Below are positions 25,691 to 39,614 of a stretch of 64,000 nt of DNA, piece after piece. The notes below the pieces were generated by a model, which was not told the DNA's origin, did no database searches, and saw only the letters and a program-made list of their open reading frames with translations. The position numbers and the translations under genes are program-made. Every line of letters begins with the position of its first letter. Position 1 is the stretch's first letter. The stretch spans positions 744,001 to 808,000 of the forward strand of contig NC_043023.1 of the NCBI RefSeq assembly GCF_006345805.1. The letters run 5' to 3'. This DNA is from Octopus sinensis. Lineage: Eukaryota.

Positions 25691-26046
25691 AAGAGGGAGA
25701 GAGAGAGAGGGGAATATAAGAAGAGGAGAGAGTGAAAAGATGACGGGGGGGGGAGAGTGAGAGGAAGATACGTAAGGAATAGAGAGAAAGAGAGAGAGTG
25801 AGTGTGGCTTTAATGCTTGACAAAAATCATATTGCTTTGGGAAAGACAGACTTGTGTGTTTGTGTGTGTTTGTATGTTAATGTGTGTTTGTATGACTTGT
25901 GTGTTTGTGTGTGTGTTTGTGTATGATTCTGTATGTGTGTGTTTGTATGTTAATGTGTGTATGTCTGTTTGCATTTGTTAGTGGTGTGTTTGTAGTTATA
26001 TGTTTGTAAATGAATGTGTGTGGAATATGTACATCTCCCTTTGCAG

Positions 26047-26170
26047 GCTGGCAAGGACACCGAGATGGTGTCAGCCCTTCTGGTGACGTCGATGATCGCC
26101 TGGGGCTAAATGCATCAGTAACACCCCCACCACCCTGCCCTGTCCCTAGCCACATTCAGATGGCTGATCC
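26047..26170 (+). other. Candidate exon or conserved unique island
   Basis: Strong acceptor catctccctttgcAG; GC/CpG-rich unique sequence; end and frame unresolved. Confidence 0.2.
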
Positions 26171-27034
26171 CCCTTATGTTAAATGTATAGTGTATGAGTT
26201 TAAGTGTATTTCTGAGTGTGTATTACTGTGTGAGGGATTGGGGTTTTAGGCAAGGCTATGTGGTAAGAAGCTTGCTTCCCAACCACATAGTTCAGTGTGG
26301 AACCTTGGGCAAGTGTCTTCTATAGCCTCAGGCTGACCAAAGCCTTGTGAGTGGATTTGATAGGACGGAAACTGAAAGAAGCCCGTCATATATATATATG
26401 TGTGTGTGTGCATATATAGACACACATATACATATATGACAGGCTTCTTTCCGTTTCCATCTACCAAATCCACTCACAAGGCTTTGGTTGGCCTGAGGAT
26501 ATAGTACAAGACACTTGCCCAAGGTGCCATGCAGTGGGACTGAACCTGGAACTATGTGGTTGGGAAGTAAGCTTCTTATCACACAGCCACACTTGCACCT
26601 ATATATATATATATATATATATATATCATCATCTTCATCATTCTTTCTGCTTTTCCCTGCTGGCATGGGTTGGTTGGTTTGACAAGAAAAGATGAGCCAG
26701 AGTACTCTGTCAAGTTTTGTGTATCTGCTTTGGCATGATTTCTACTGCTGGATGCCCTTCCTTATGCCAACCACTTTACAGAGTGTACTGGCTGCTTTTT
26801 ATGTGGCACCAGCACTGGTGAGGTTGTCAAGTACTCATAAGATGAGTCGCCTCAGTTGAGCAGGGTATAGACTGGAGGGATAATAAACCATGATAGAGTT
26901 GTGTATAATATGCATGGGTAGCATAGCCTTGGGCTGACCAAAGCTTTGAAATTGGATTTAGCAGACAAGAACTGAAAGAAGCCCATCATGCGTGTGTGTG
27001 CATGCGTGTGTGTGTGTGTATGTATATATATATA

Positions 27035-27241
27035 CTCTTTTACTTGTTTCAGTCACTTGACTGTGGCCATGTTGGAGCACTGCCTTTAGTCGAGCAAATC
27101 GTCCCCAAGTCTTATTCTTTGTAAGCCCAGTACTTATTCTATCGATCAATTTTGCCGAACCACTAAGTTATGGGGACGTAAACACACCAGCATCGGTTGT
27201 CAAGTGATGTTGGGGGGACAAACACACACACACAAACATGT

Positions 27242-27281
<40 letters not shown>

Positions 27282-27440
27282 GACGGGCTTCTTTCAGTTT
27301 CCGTCTACCAAATCCACTCACAAGGCCTTGGTTGACCTGAGGCTATAGTAGAAGACACTTGCCCGAGGTGCCATGCAGTGGGACTGAATCTGGAACCATG
27401 TGGTTGGTAAGCAAGCTACTTACCACACAGCCACTCCTGC
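27035..27440 (-). mobile_element. SINE family A, full length
   Basis: Reverse-complement match including head and tail. Confidence 0.9.
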
Positions 27441-27839
27441 TCTGTATATATATATAAGTATATATCTGTGTGTGTTTGTTTTTGCATCTGTTTGTCCTTC
27501 TATCACTTTTTGACAGCCAGTGTTGGTGTGTTTACTTCCCTGTGACTTAACAGTTCGGCAAAAGAGACTGATATAATAAGAACCAGGTTTTTAAAATATA
27601 AGCACTGGGGTCAATTCATTTGACTAAAGTTCTTCAGCATTGCTGCAGTCTAATGACTGAAACAAGTAAAGAATAAAAGACTTGACAGGCTTCTACACAG
27701 TTTCCATTTCTTAAATTCTCTTGGTTGCAAAGCAAGATTCTTGTGCACACAGCCATGCCTGTAATATGCGTGTCTATGCGCATGAGTATGCTTGCATTTG
27801 TTAGCATGTGTATGTGTGTATGCATGTATTAGTGCATAT

Positions 27840-28795
27840 GTAGGTGCAGGAGTGGCTGTGTGGTATGTAGCTTGCTTACCAACCACATGGTTCCAGGTTC
27901 AGTCCCACTGCATGACACCATAGGCGAGTGTCTTCTACTGTAGCCTCGGGCTGACCAAAGCCTTGTGTGTGGATTTGGTAGACGGAAACTAAAAGAAACC
28001 TGTCATATATATGTATATATATGTGTGTGTGTGTCTATGTTTGTCCCCTCAACATCGCTTGACAACCGATGCTGGTGTGTTTACATCTCCATAACTTAGT
28101 GATTCAGCAAAAGAGACCGATAGAATAAGTACTAGGCTTGCAAAGAATAAATCCTGGGATTGATTTGCTCGACTAAAGGTGGTGCTCCAGCATGGCCACA
28201 ATCAAATGACTGAAACAAGTAAAAGAGGAAAAGAGTATATAGGCACAGGTATGGCTGTGTGGTAAGTAGCTTACTTCCCAACTGCATGGTTCTGGGTTCA
28301 GTCCCACTGCGTGGCATCTTGGTCAAGTGTCTTCTACTATAGCCTCGGGCTGACCGAAGCCTTGTGAGTGGATTTGGTTGATGGAAACTGAAAGAAGCCC
28401 ACCATACATATGGTGAGTGAGTGCATGACTGTATATCAACTGGGACTCTGTTGGTTATGGTGACGAGGGTTCCAGTTGACCCAATCAACAGAATGGTCTG
28501 CTTGTGAAATTAACAAGCACGTGGCTGAGTACTCCACAGACACGCATACATATAAATATGTATGCGTATATGTATGTGTATGTTTGTGTGTCTGTGTTTG
28601 TCTCCCCAACATCGCTTGACAACTGATGCTGGTGTGTTTGCGTCCCCGTAACTTAGTGATTCGGCAAAAGAGACCGATAGAATAAGTACTAGGCTTACAA
28701 AGAATAAGTCCTGGGGTCAATTTGCTCGACTACAGGCAGTGCTCCAGCATGACCACAGTCAAATGACTGAAACAAGTAAAAGAGTGAAAGAGTAT
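27840..28795 (+). mobile_element. Cluster of tandem SINE family A copies and fragments
   Basis: Full copy ~27840-28235, 5' half ~28240-28400, 3' half ~28570-28795. Confidence 0.88.
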
Positions 28796-29565
28796 GTTTG
28801 TATATGGTTGAGTGTGTATGTGTGCATGGATCTGTATGCTTATGCTAGTGTGTATGTGTGTGTGTGTGTGAGTGTGTGAATGAAAAAGTGAGGCAAGTGG
28901 CGTTCAAGACTGATAATGATGATGGTGATGGAGTTGATGATGATGATGTTGATAAACGGTACTGGTGGCAGTGATGGTGGTGGTGGTCATTGTAATAGTT
29001 ATGGATGAAGAGTGTAATTGAAGGAGATAAACCATAACGACAACTACCACCACAACCCCTCCTCCTCCTCCTGTTACCACTGCTCCCACCACTGCTACTG
29101 CTGCTGCTACAGTGAAGACATTGAGAGTTCCAGCATTTGCTGTTGAAGAAAAATGTTAAGTTATTGGGAGGAGGAGAAGACAAAGAAGAGGAGGAAGAAA
29201 GCTGATGAGGATGATGATGAGGAGGAGGAGGAGGAGGGGGAAGAGAATTGGAAGACGATGAAGAAGGAGAAAGCTGATGATGATGAGAAGGGAGAGAAAG
29301 AAGAAGGTGAGAGGAAGAAGAAAGAGAAAGAGAAGAAAAAAATGTGGAGGAAAAGAAGAATTGGAAGAAGAGAAGGAGAAGAAAGAAGAAAGCTATAAAA
29401 GAATAACTGGAAGAAGAAGAAAAATTTGAAGAAGAAAGAAAAAAAAGGGAAAGAATGAGTAGGAAAGATAAAAGTGAAAGAAGATAAAAAATGAAAAAGA
29501 AAATTGTGATGACGATGATGATGATGATGATAAAGAATTAGAAGAAAGAAAACGAGAAAATGGAA

Positions 29566-29953
29566 CTCTTTTACTCTTTTACTCTTTTACTTGTTTCAGT
29601 CATTTGACTGCGGCCATGCTGGAGCACCGCCTTTAATCGAGCAACTCGACCCCGGACTTATTCTTTGTAAGCCCAGTACTTATTCTATCGGTCTCTTTTT
29701 GCCGAACCACTAAGTAACAGGGACATAAACACACCAGCATCGGTTGTTAAGCAATGCTAGGGGGACAAACACACACACACATACATAAAATATACGACGG
29801 GCTTCTTTCAGTTTCCGTCTACCAAATCCACTCACAAGGCTTTGGTCGGCCCGAGGCTATAGTAGAAGACACTTGCCCAAGGTGCCACGCAGTGGGACTG
29901 AATCCGGAACCATGTGGTTGATAGACAAGCTACTTACCACACAGCCACTCCTG
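29566..29953 (-). mobile_element. Young SINE family A
   Basis: (ctctttta)n tail, CpGs retained, head ends cagccactcctg. Confidence 0.92.
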
Positions 29954-30554
29954 AAGAAGAAAATTTTTTTAAATATGTAAAAAAGGAAGGGAAAAATTTT
30001 GGGGAAAAAGGAATAAAAGATTGGAATGGAACCAAGATAGGACGGGGAGGAGGAAGAGTAGGAAAACTGATGGAAGAAGAAGGAAGTTAAGAATAAGAGG
30101 AGGAGGAGGAAGAGTAGGAAAAACAATGGAAGAAGAAGAAGAAAGTTAAGAATAAGAGGAGGAAGAGGAGGAGGTGAAGAATAGAAGGTGGAGAAGAAGA
30201 AAGGGGGGAAATAAGAACAAGGAGGAAAATAAGAAATGGAAAAATAAAAATGAGAAGGGGGAAGAGGAAAAGGAAGGGAAGAATAAGAAAATCAAAATAC
30301 TGAAGAATTGAAAGAAGAAGAATGAAATCATGAAAGGAGGAAGTATTCAATCAAAGACAAGGAGTCAGAAAAACATGCCAAAAAAAAAAAAATGGAGGGA
30401 AAGAAATGCGAAAGAAAAAAATGGTAATTGAAGAATTTTTAGAAAGACGAAATGGACTGACAATGTTTTGTGACAGAAATAACGAGGAAGAATAACGAGG
30501 CAGGACGAAGGAATGAAGGGAAGAAGGAAAGAATGTGACGTACGTGAATTATGT

Positions 30555-30845
30555 CATCATTGTCATCATCATCGACATCATCACCATCATCATTGTCACC
30601 ACCATCATTACCATCCTCACCATCATCATCATTACCATCATTACCACCATCATCACCATCACTGTCACCATCATCATCATCATTGTCATCATCACCACCA
30701 TCATTACCATCCTCACCATCATCATCACCGTCATCATCATTACCATCATCATCATTACCATCATTATGATTACCATCATCACCATCACTGTCACCATCAT
30801 CATCATCGTTGTCATCATCACAACTATCATCATCATCATCATCTT
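30555..30845. repeat. (CAT/CAC)n trinucleotide tract
   Basis: Source of the spurious poly-His ORF. Confidence 0.92.
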
Positions 30846-31287
30846 AATGTCCATTTTTCCTTGCTTGCAATGGATCACAGTTTATTGGCGCAGATAGTTC
30901 TATGGTTGGGTGCCTTTCCTGCCACCAACATTCGACAATTTCCAAGTGAGGTAATATTTTCCCAAGGCCATACAAGTTTTCCATGGAAGATTGGAAATGA
31001 AGGAGATTGCTTGTTTAACAGAGATGATTGCTTACGGTTATCATGTGATAAGAAGACACAATTGTACACACATATGTACACTCTCAAACACACACACATG
31101 TATGTCATGATGATGATGATCATCATCATCATCATCAACATCATTATTTAATATACGTTTTCCATGCTGGCATGGGTTGGACGATTTGATTAAAACTGGC
31201 AAGCCAGTCTGCTTTGGTATGGTTTCTATGGCTGGATGCTCTTCCTAACGCCAACCACTTTACAGAGTGTGCTGGGTGCTTTTACAT

Positions 31288-31467
31288 GGCGTAGGAGTGG
31301 CTGTGTGGTAAGTAGCTTGCTTACGAACCACATGGTTCCGGGTTCAGTCCCACTGTGTGGCAACTTGGGCAAGTGTCTTCTACTAAAGCCTCGGGGCGAC
31401 CAAACTCTTGTGAGTGGATTTGGTAGACGGAAACTGAAAGAAGCCCGTCGTATATATATATATATAA

Positions 31468-31513
<46 letters not shown>

Positions 31514-31800
31514 TTGTGTGTCTGTGTTTGTCCACCCAACATCGTTTGACAACCAATGGTGGTGTGCTTACATCCCCATAACTTAGCAGTTCGGCAAAAG
31601 AAACCAATAAAATAAGTACTAGGCTTACAAATCGAATCCAGGACTTATTCTTTGTAAACCTAGTACTTATTCTTTCGGTCTCTTTTGCCAAACTACTAAG
31701 TTATGGGGAGGGGATGTAAACACATCAACACCAGTTGTCAAGCGATGTTGGGGTGACAAACACAGACACACAAACATACACACATACATATATATATATA

Positions 31801-31846
<46 letters not shown>

Positions 31847-32110
31847 TTGTGTGTCTGTGTTTGTCCACCCAACATCGTTTGACAACCAATGGTGGTGTGC
31901 TTACATCCCCATAACTTAGCAGTTCGGCAAAAGAAACCAATAAAATAAGTACTAGGCTTACAAATCGAATCCAGGACTTATTCTTTGTAAACCTAGTACT
32001 TATTCTTTCGGTCTCTTTTGCCAAACTACTAAGTTATGGGGAGGGGATGTAAACACATCAACACCAGTTGTCAAGCGATGTTGGGGTGACAAACACAGAC
32101 ACACAAACAT

Positions 32111-32151
<41 letters not shown>

Positions 32152-32305
32152 TACGACAGGCTTCTTTTAGTTTCCATCTACCAAATCCACTCACAAGGTT
32201 TTGGTCGGCCCGAGTCTATTGTGGAAGACACTTGCCCAAGGTATCACGCAGTGGGACTGAACCCGGAACCATGTGGTTGGTAAGCAAGCTACTTACCACA
32301 CAGCC
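31288..32305. mobile_element. Fused tail-to-tail SINE A pair with duplicated ~330-bp centre
   Basis: Plus body joined to minus body at ggcttacaaatcgaatccaggacttattc; junction unit present twice. Confidence 0.85.
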
Positions 32306-33127
32306 CCCCCCTGCACCTACATATATATGTGTGTGTGTGTATCTGTGTGTGTGTTAGAATATTATGAGCTATATATATCATGTATAAAAAACATGGCCAA
32401 GTTCTTTTAAGTTCAATTTCTTTTAACTTTAAGCATCACGAAATGCAATTATGACACCTAAGAAGGTGCTTCCGTTATTTAGACATGAAGAAATTAATTC
32501 ATTGTACTCATTGAATGATTTAGAACTGTGTTCTAAAATTAAGAATTTCTCAAAAGCACCTACATTTCAGCATATGTTAGATTGTAAAGAAGGAAATGCC
32601 TTTGTCTAAAAGTTACCATTTAGCATTGTAAATAACTAGTCTTTTTTTATTATCAAAATCTAGATGTATGTCGCTAGACTAATATCAAATTGTTTTTGTA
32701 CTGTTCAAAATGCATAATTATGCTGATAATATCTAATCTTAAATTGAGTTGCTATTAATCCGATGTAATCTGTGTCATTCTGATTAATGTTAGCCATGAC
32801 AGTGTCTGCATAGATAACTGATTTTTCTAGACAATTACCATCGACTGAATATACGTTTTATGAATGGTAATTGCATTTTGGAGTCTTAATGAGATTTCGG
32901 TTCTCGTAATTTGAATTATTCATTATTGTTTTATTATTAATGGATGATAACGGTTTAGCGAGGTTTGTTAGTGCTGAATCGCTTATTTAGATTAAATATC
33001 AGTTGAAGGGAGAGATGCGGTAATGAAAGCAGAGTCAGCCAGAAATATATCATGTTAGTCTTCATCTAAGTTTTTGCTGACTTAAGTTGACATTAAATAC
33101 TGTATATATTAGTGTAAATTACATTCA

Positions 33128-33513
33128 CCCTTTAGCATTTAAACCAGCCTTAGAAGGCTCAAATATTCATCTGTTTTGTGTTCAGACCAGCCAGATGTGG
33201 CCTCTTGCACCGATCCTGCAATGTTATTCTAAAAATAGACTGTGACATCATTGAAATTTTGAAGCTAAGGGATAATGCCTGGTTAATTTCAAAACAATAG
33301 GAACAAATATAGGTGCAGGAGTGGCTGTGTGGTAAGTAGCTTGCTTACCAACAACATGGTTCTGGGTTCAGTCCCACTGCGTGGCAACTTGGGCAAGTGT
33401 ATTCTGCTATAGCCTCGGGCCAACCAAAGCCTTGTGAGTGGATTTGGTAGATGGAAACTGAAAGAAACCCATCGTATATATGTATATATATATATATATA
33501 TCGTATATATATC

Positions 33514-33608
<95 letters not shown>

Positions 33609-33932
33609 CTGATTATATATGTTTGTGTCACTGTGTTTGTCCCCCCCAATATCGTTTGACAACCAATGCTGGTGTGTTTACGTCCCCATAACTTAGTGGT
33701 TCAGCAAAAGAGACCGATAGAATAAGTACTAGGCTAACAAAGGATAAGTCCTGGGGTCGATTTGTTTGACAAAAGACAGTGCTCCAGCATGGCCATAGTC
33801 AAAAAATTGAAACAAATAAAAGAATAAATCACATAATCAAAATCCCACACCTATAAGATAATGCGGGATTAATTCAAAGCTATGTGGATAAATAAGCTTT
33901 ACTTTTGAGAGAATAATCTTGATGCTAAAGGA
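33128..33932. mobile_element. piggyBac-type MITE interrupted by a SINE A (~33309-33830)
   Basis: ttca|ccctttagca ... tgctaaagga|ttaa termini. Confidence 0.6.
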
Positions 33933-34299
33933 TTAAACTATCCCTATCCAGCCCAAATATTCTACTTCTCTTATGTTGAAACCGGTAAGATCCAGCTTCT
34001 CACACTTTCCCTACAATGTCATTTTTAAATTAAACAATCACATCATTGAAATCTCGAAGGTATGAAATAATTCATGATTATGCAAATTCATGCGTTTCAT
34101 ATATTTTATTGGCATACATGTGGCTGTGTGGTTAAGAGGCTTGCTTCCCAACCACCACATAGTCCTGGGTTCAGTCCCACTGTGTGGAACCTTGGGGAGT
34201 GTCTTCTACTACAGTCCAAGGCCGAGTAAAGCTTTGTGAGTGAATTTGGTGGAAACTAAGTGGAAGCCTGTTATGTATGTATGTCTCTTCTATTTTTTA

Positions 34300-35055
34300 A
34301 TTGTTATAAATCTTCCATTGCGAAGGGAGCCGGCTTCCAACAAAGATACAAAGCTTTGGGATGTAGTTAACACAGAAAAATTCACATTTGTAACTTGAGA
34401 AAAGTCTTACATATTTTTATTGTTCCACTTACAGATTACACTTGTACGAATCAGCCAGTCAATTTCTCTTTCTGAAAATACCCGTTTTTTCCAGATTCTC
34501 CTTTAAGTATTTACTAACAAAACCTAGGGCTCCAATTATTATTGGTATAAATATGAATTCATAGTCTGGATATAGAAGCTGAAGGTTTCAAAGCAGTTGT
34601 CCACAGATATCCTCTTTTTCTTTGATTTTCAAAGAAATATTTATATCTGCAGGGCAAGTGACCTCTATGATGGTACATACCTTTGCCCTTCTGTCCAAAT
34701 AACAATATTCGGCCTGTTATGCTTACATTTGACAGAAGTTTTGATGGGAATATTCCACCAGTATTCCCTGAATTGGTGTTTATGAATGTATTCCATAACA
34801 GCGGGATTTTCTAAGTTTATTTCGGGACAGTCTTTTTTGAGGATGGCATTGTAAATTGTTTTAGCAACATTATGCCGTATAGGGAGGTAGTACCGTGACA
34901 ACATTTTAGGACAGCAGCTAATCATATGTGTGATGTCTTCCACAGACACATGACATAGACTACACATGTGGTTGCATCTTGAGATTACAAGAGTGTCACT
35001 GTCTCTCTTGTTCACCAGGTACTTTGTGGCAATCTCCAAACACATAGCATTCCTA
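34300..35055 (-). pseudogene. 3' fragment of an R4/Dong-like (RLE-type) non-LTR retrotransposon
   Basis: CCHC knuckle CSLCHVSVEDITHMISCC, RHN, RPNIVIW, then after a frameshift CTIIEVTCP...IPIIIGALG; internal stop. Confidence 0.85.
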
Positions 35056-35149
35056 TGTATGTATGTATGTATGTATGTATGTATGTATGTACGTACATAC
35101 ACAGCAAGCAATCTTTTAAATATTATTAATGTTTAAAAACACCATTTTG

Positions 35150-35650
35150 AGCGTGGCCGTTGCCAGTACCGCCAGACTGGCCTTCATGCCGGTGGCACAT
35201 AAAAGCACCCACTACACTCTCAGAGTGGTTGGCGTTAGGAAGGGCATCCAGCAGTAGAAACTCTGCCAGATCAGATTGAAGCCTGGTGCAGCCATCTGGT
35301 TTGCCAGTCCTCAGTCAAATCGTCCAACCACGGAAAGCGGATGTTAAACAATGATGATGATGATCAGAGTGTGCTTCTTTTTTGGATATATAAACTACTG
35401 CCTATCATCATCATCATCGGTTAATGTCCGTTTTCCATGCTGGCATGGGTTGGACGGTTTGACTGAGGTCTGGAAAGCCAGAGGTTGCACCAGGTTCCAA
35501 TCTGATTTGGCAATGTTTCCACAGCTGGATGCCCTTCTTAATGTCAACCACTCCAAGAGTGTAGTGGGTGCTTTTTACGTGCCAGTCAGGTGGCCCTGAC
35601 ATCGACCATGTTCAGATAGTGCTTTTTACATGCCACCAGCATGAGAGCCA
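35150..35650. mobile_element. Two RTE 3'-end fragments, tail-to-tail
   Basis: Plus copy ~35150-35365 ending (gat)n; minus copy ~35405-35650 beginning (cat)n. Confidence 0.85.
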
Positions 35651-35679
35651 GTCGGATATATTTATATTCTGAGACCTCC

Positions 35680-36005
35680 TTCGGTCACGACACTGACCAT
35701 GGGATTGCACCTAGAAAGTTACCTTTCCAAGCACAAGTCCAGGCAAGGTTGTTTATGGAAGACCAGCAGTCGTCCATGCATACTAGCCTCCCCTCATCAT
35801 GTCACTGATGTTATCCAAGGGAAAGGCAAAGGCTGATACAGCTTAGCATCAATGACATTACAACTCATTTCTGCAGCTGAGTGAACTGGAGCAACGTGAA
35901 ATAAAGTGTCTTGCTCAAGAACACAACACGCAGCCTGGTCCAGGATTCAAGCTCACAACCTCACGATCGTAAGCTCGATGCTCTAACCATTGAGCCATGT
36001 GCCTT
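35680..36005 (-). mobile_element. SINE family B
   Basis: Matches 23952-24286. Confidence 0.88.
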
Positions 36006-36006
36006 C

Positions 36007-36041
<35 letters not shown>

Positions 36042-36326
36042 TATATATACTTATGTATATGTATATATCAATGTGTGTATGTCTTTGTGTTGTATTTGTC
36101 TTCCACCACTGCTTGATGATCAGTGTCGGTTTGTTTACATCCCTGTAACTTAGCAGTTCAGCGAAAGAGACCATAAGAATAAATACCAGACTTTAAAAAA
36201 AAACAAAAAAGCTAAATACTGAGGTTGATTCATTCAACTAAAAACCTTCAAGACAGTGCCCCAGCATGGCCACAGTCAAATGACTGAAAAAAGTAAAAAA
36301 TATACACATACACACATAGTTGCAAA

Positions 36327-36385
<59 letters not shown>

Positions 36386-36785
36386 ACAACTGTTAAATTA
36401 CCGTTTCATGCTTGAATGGCTCTTTAACATGAAACCCTTCAGTAACATGAATCAGCTGTTATGAGCCTACATAAATAATATTGTGTAAACTATATACACG
36501 CGCTATTATCTAATTTATGAGTGCCTGCTTCTTTGTTGACTTATGAAAACTTATCAGGCAATTACACACACACACACATGGGAGTACATTCACACATATA
36601 CACACACATATAAACTCTACCACATAGATGTACCGACTTATGCAAGCATCTGTGGTATGAAATGGTAATAGAACCCACAACAAAGAATCTTAAAATGTGT
36701 GTTACTAGAAGAGAAATGACCGAATTGATCTGATGTGGTAGCAGTTACATTGTGTAACACACACACACACACACACATAAATATG

Positions 36786-36833
<48 letters not shown>

Positions 36834-37194
36834 ACTATATGCGTTTTGTTTGCTAATGTTTTTAAGACACTTCTTCACAAGTATATGCATTTAAGCATAT
36901 CACTATCATTACCATCATTATCATCATCATCATCATCGTCATCGTCATCACTATCATCATCACCACCACCATCATCATCACCACCACCACCGTCATCATC
37001 ATCACCACTGTCATCATCATCGTCATCATTTAATGTCCATGTTCAATGTATGTAATGTATCTATAGATTTTTGGCACGGTGTATGTATGTGCATGTATAT
37101 ACAGTTGTGTGTGTGTGTATGTGTGTGTGTGTGTGAGTGTTTGTGTATGTGTCTACGTTTGTGTCAGAGGGTGAAAATGTCCCAGACATGGAAA

Positions 37195-37195
37195 T

Positions 37196-37236
<41 letters not shown>

Positions 37237-38200
37237 ATAATAATAGTTTACAAAGGAGAAAAGAGAGGAATGACTGAGAGAGAGAGAGAGAGAGAGACAA
37301 AGAGGCAGAGAAAGAGAGGCAGAAAGAAAGAGAGAGAGAGACTGACAGACAGACAGAGGAAGAGATTGAGGAGGTGCTACAGGGATAGACAGAGAGGGAG
37401 AGTGTGAAACAATAATACAAGGTACCAAGAGAAGAAGGAGAAACGGCAAAGAGAGAGAGAGAGAGAGATTGACAGAGGGAGAGATTTAGGAAGAGAAAGA
37501 AAGAGAAGGGGAGACAGAGAGAGGTGGAGTGGAAGGGAGTGAAACAGAACAATGTACAGAGAGAGTGAGTGAGAGTGAGACAGAGAGGGGGAAAGATTGA
37601 AGGAGAGAGAGAGGGAGAGATTTATGGAGAGAGAGAGAGGGTGACACAGACAAAAGGAGAGATGGAGGGAGAGACTGAGGAGTAGAGAGAGAAAGAGAGG
37701 GAAGAAAAGAATAACTAAGGTTAGCAAAAGAGAGAAAAAGCAGAACAAAATAGCAGGGAAAGAGAGAGAGAGAAAGGGAGAGAGATAGAGAGAAATAGAG
37801 AGAGAAAGGGAGAGAGAGAGACAGAGACAGTAAAGGACTGACAGATAGACAGAGAGGAAGAGAGAAAAAGAGAGAGCGATAAGTAGAGAGAGAGAGAGAG
37901 CGGGAGGATGAGAGATAGGAGAGAGAGAAAGAGAGAGATGAGAGAGAGAAAGAGAAAGAGAGAGAGAGAGAAAGAGAAAGAGAGAGAGAGAGAAAGAGAG
38001 AGACAGCAAAGGACAGATAGATAGAGAGAAAGAGAGAGAAAAAGAGAGAGAGAGAGAGAGAAATGGAGAAAGAGAGAGAGAGAAAGAGAAAGAGAGACAG
38101 AGACAGAGACAGCAAAGGACAGATAGAAAGACAGAGATAGACAGAGAGAGAAAAAGAGAGAGCGGTAAGTAGAGAGAGAGCAAGGGGATGAGAGCCCATA
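37195..38200. repeat. (GA)n-rich polypurine tract
   Basis: Source of the 362-aa LSLS ORF. Confidence 0.92.
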
Positions 38201-38589
38201 AATCTTCATAAGACCATAATAGACCCATTTGAAGAATGCAGCAGCCGACACATTTGTGTATAAGGGTGGCGGGTGGAGGAGGGAAGGGGAGGGGGAGAAC
38301 AGAAGGGGCATGAGAGAGACAGACAGACAGACAGACGGGAAGAGAGAGATGAATGAGGGAGAGGATGGACATTGGCGGCATGTGGGCCAGGGCGGGTATT
38401 TTGGCGTGAGAAAAGATACATGAGAGTAATACCAGATGAAGACGAAGCATTGAACATGCCGCCATTAGCCATTACGCGAAACCAGAACTCGCAAAGGAGC
38501 ACCTATAAGGTCACACAAAGAGCTAGACATAGCAGTAACGTCTGTGCTTCAAATCATGTGATACAATCTTTAAATTAAAGAATCATATC

Positions 38590-39190
38590 CATATCTGAAT
38601 AAATGATGGAATGGTCACAGCTGGAACATCTTTGATCATAGGTCTGCTGGATCAGGACTGACCTGGGGCTAAACAACAACACTTATAACCACCAATACTA
38701 ACTACTGTACTGTACATTAGATAATGTAGTCCTAGATACACTATACCTAAATAAAAGATGGGATGGTCACATATGGAACATCTTTGACCATAGGTCTGCT
38801 GGATCAGGACTGACCAGGAGCTAACCAACAACAGTTATAGCCACTGATACTAACTACTGTACTGTACATTAAATAATGTAGTCCTAGATACACTATGGCT
38901 GAATAAAAGATGGGATGGTCACATCTGGAACATCTTTGATCATAGGTCTTCAAGACCAGAACTGACAACAGCAACAAGACCAGCAACAAAAAAATGATAG
39001 TCACTAATAGCAACTACTACACAATACATTAGATAATGTAGTCCAAGATACGCTATTCCTGAAAAATAGATGAGATGGTCACAGCTGGAATACTTCTGAT
39101 CATAGATCTGTCTGGATTAAGACTGAAATTAGGACTGACTCGGGGTTAAACAACAGCAACTACTACACCATACATTATATAATGTAGTTC
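38590..39190 (+). repeat. Tandem array of a ~152-bp unit (4 copies)
   Basis: gtcacanctggaa motif with GG at 38623, 38775, 38927 and 39087. Confidence 0.88.
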
Positions 39191-39578
39191 TAATAATGCT
39201 GGGGCACCGCCTTTAGTCAAGGAAATCGACCCTAGGACTTATTCTTTGTAAGCCCAGTACTTATACTATTGGTCTCTTTTGCCAAACTGCTAAGTTACAG
39301 GGACGTAAACACACCAGCATCAGTTGTCAAGCAATGTTAGGGGGACAAACACAGGCACACAAACATACACACACAAACATACACACACATATATATGACA
39401 GGCTTCTTTCAGTTTCCATCTACCAAATCCACTCACAAGGCTTTGGTCAGCTCGAGGCTATACTAGAAGACACTTACCCATGGTGCCATGCTGTGGGACT
39501 GAACCCGGAACCATGTGGTTGGTAAGCAAGCTACTTACCACACAGCTACTCCTACGCCTATATATGTACATGTATGTA

Positions 39579-39614
<36 letters not shown>

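Noticed and set aside
38355-38465. Signal-peptide-like start MAACSMLRLHLVLLSCIFSHA (minus)
   Set aside because: Runs into (CT)n repeat with no convincing donor
38590-39190. CRISPR-like array, or HHR/HDV ribozyme within the 152-bp unit
   Set aside because: Eukaryotic context and no unique spacers; CTGAATA...GATC lacks GAAA and stem III; no HDV P1.1/P2 pairing could be built
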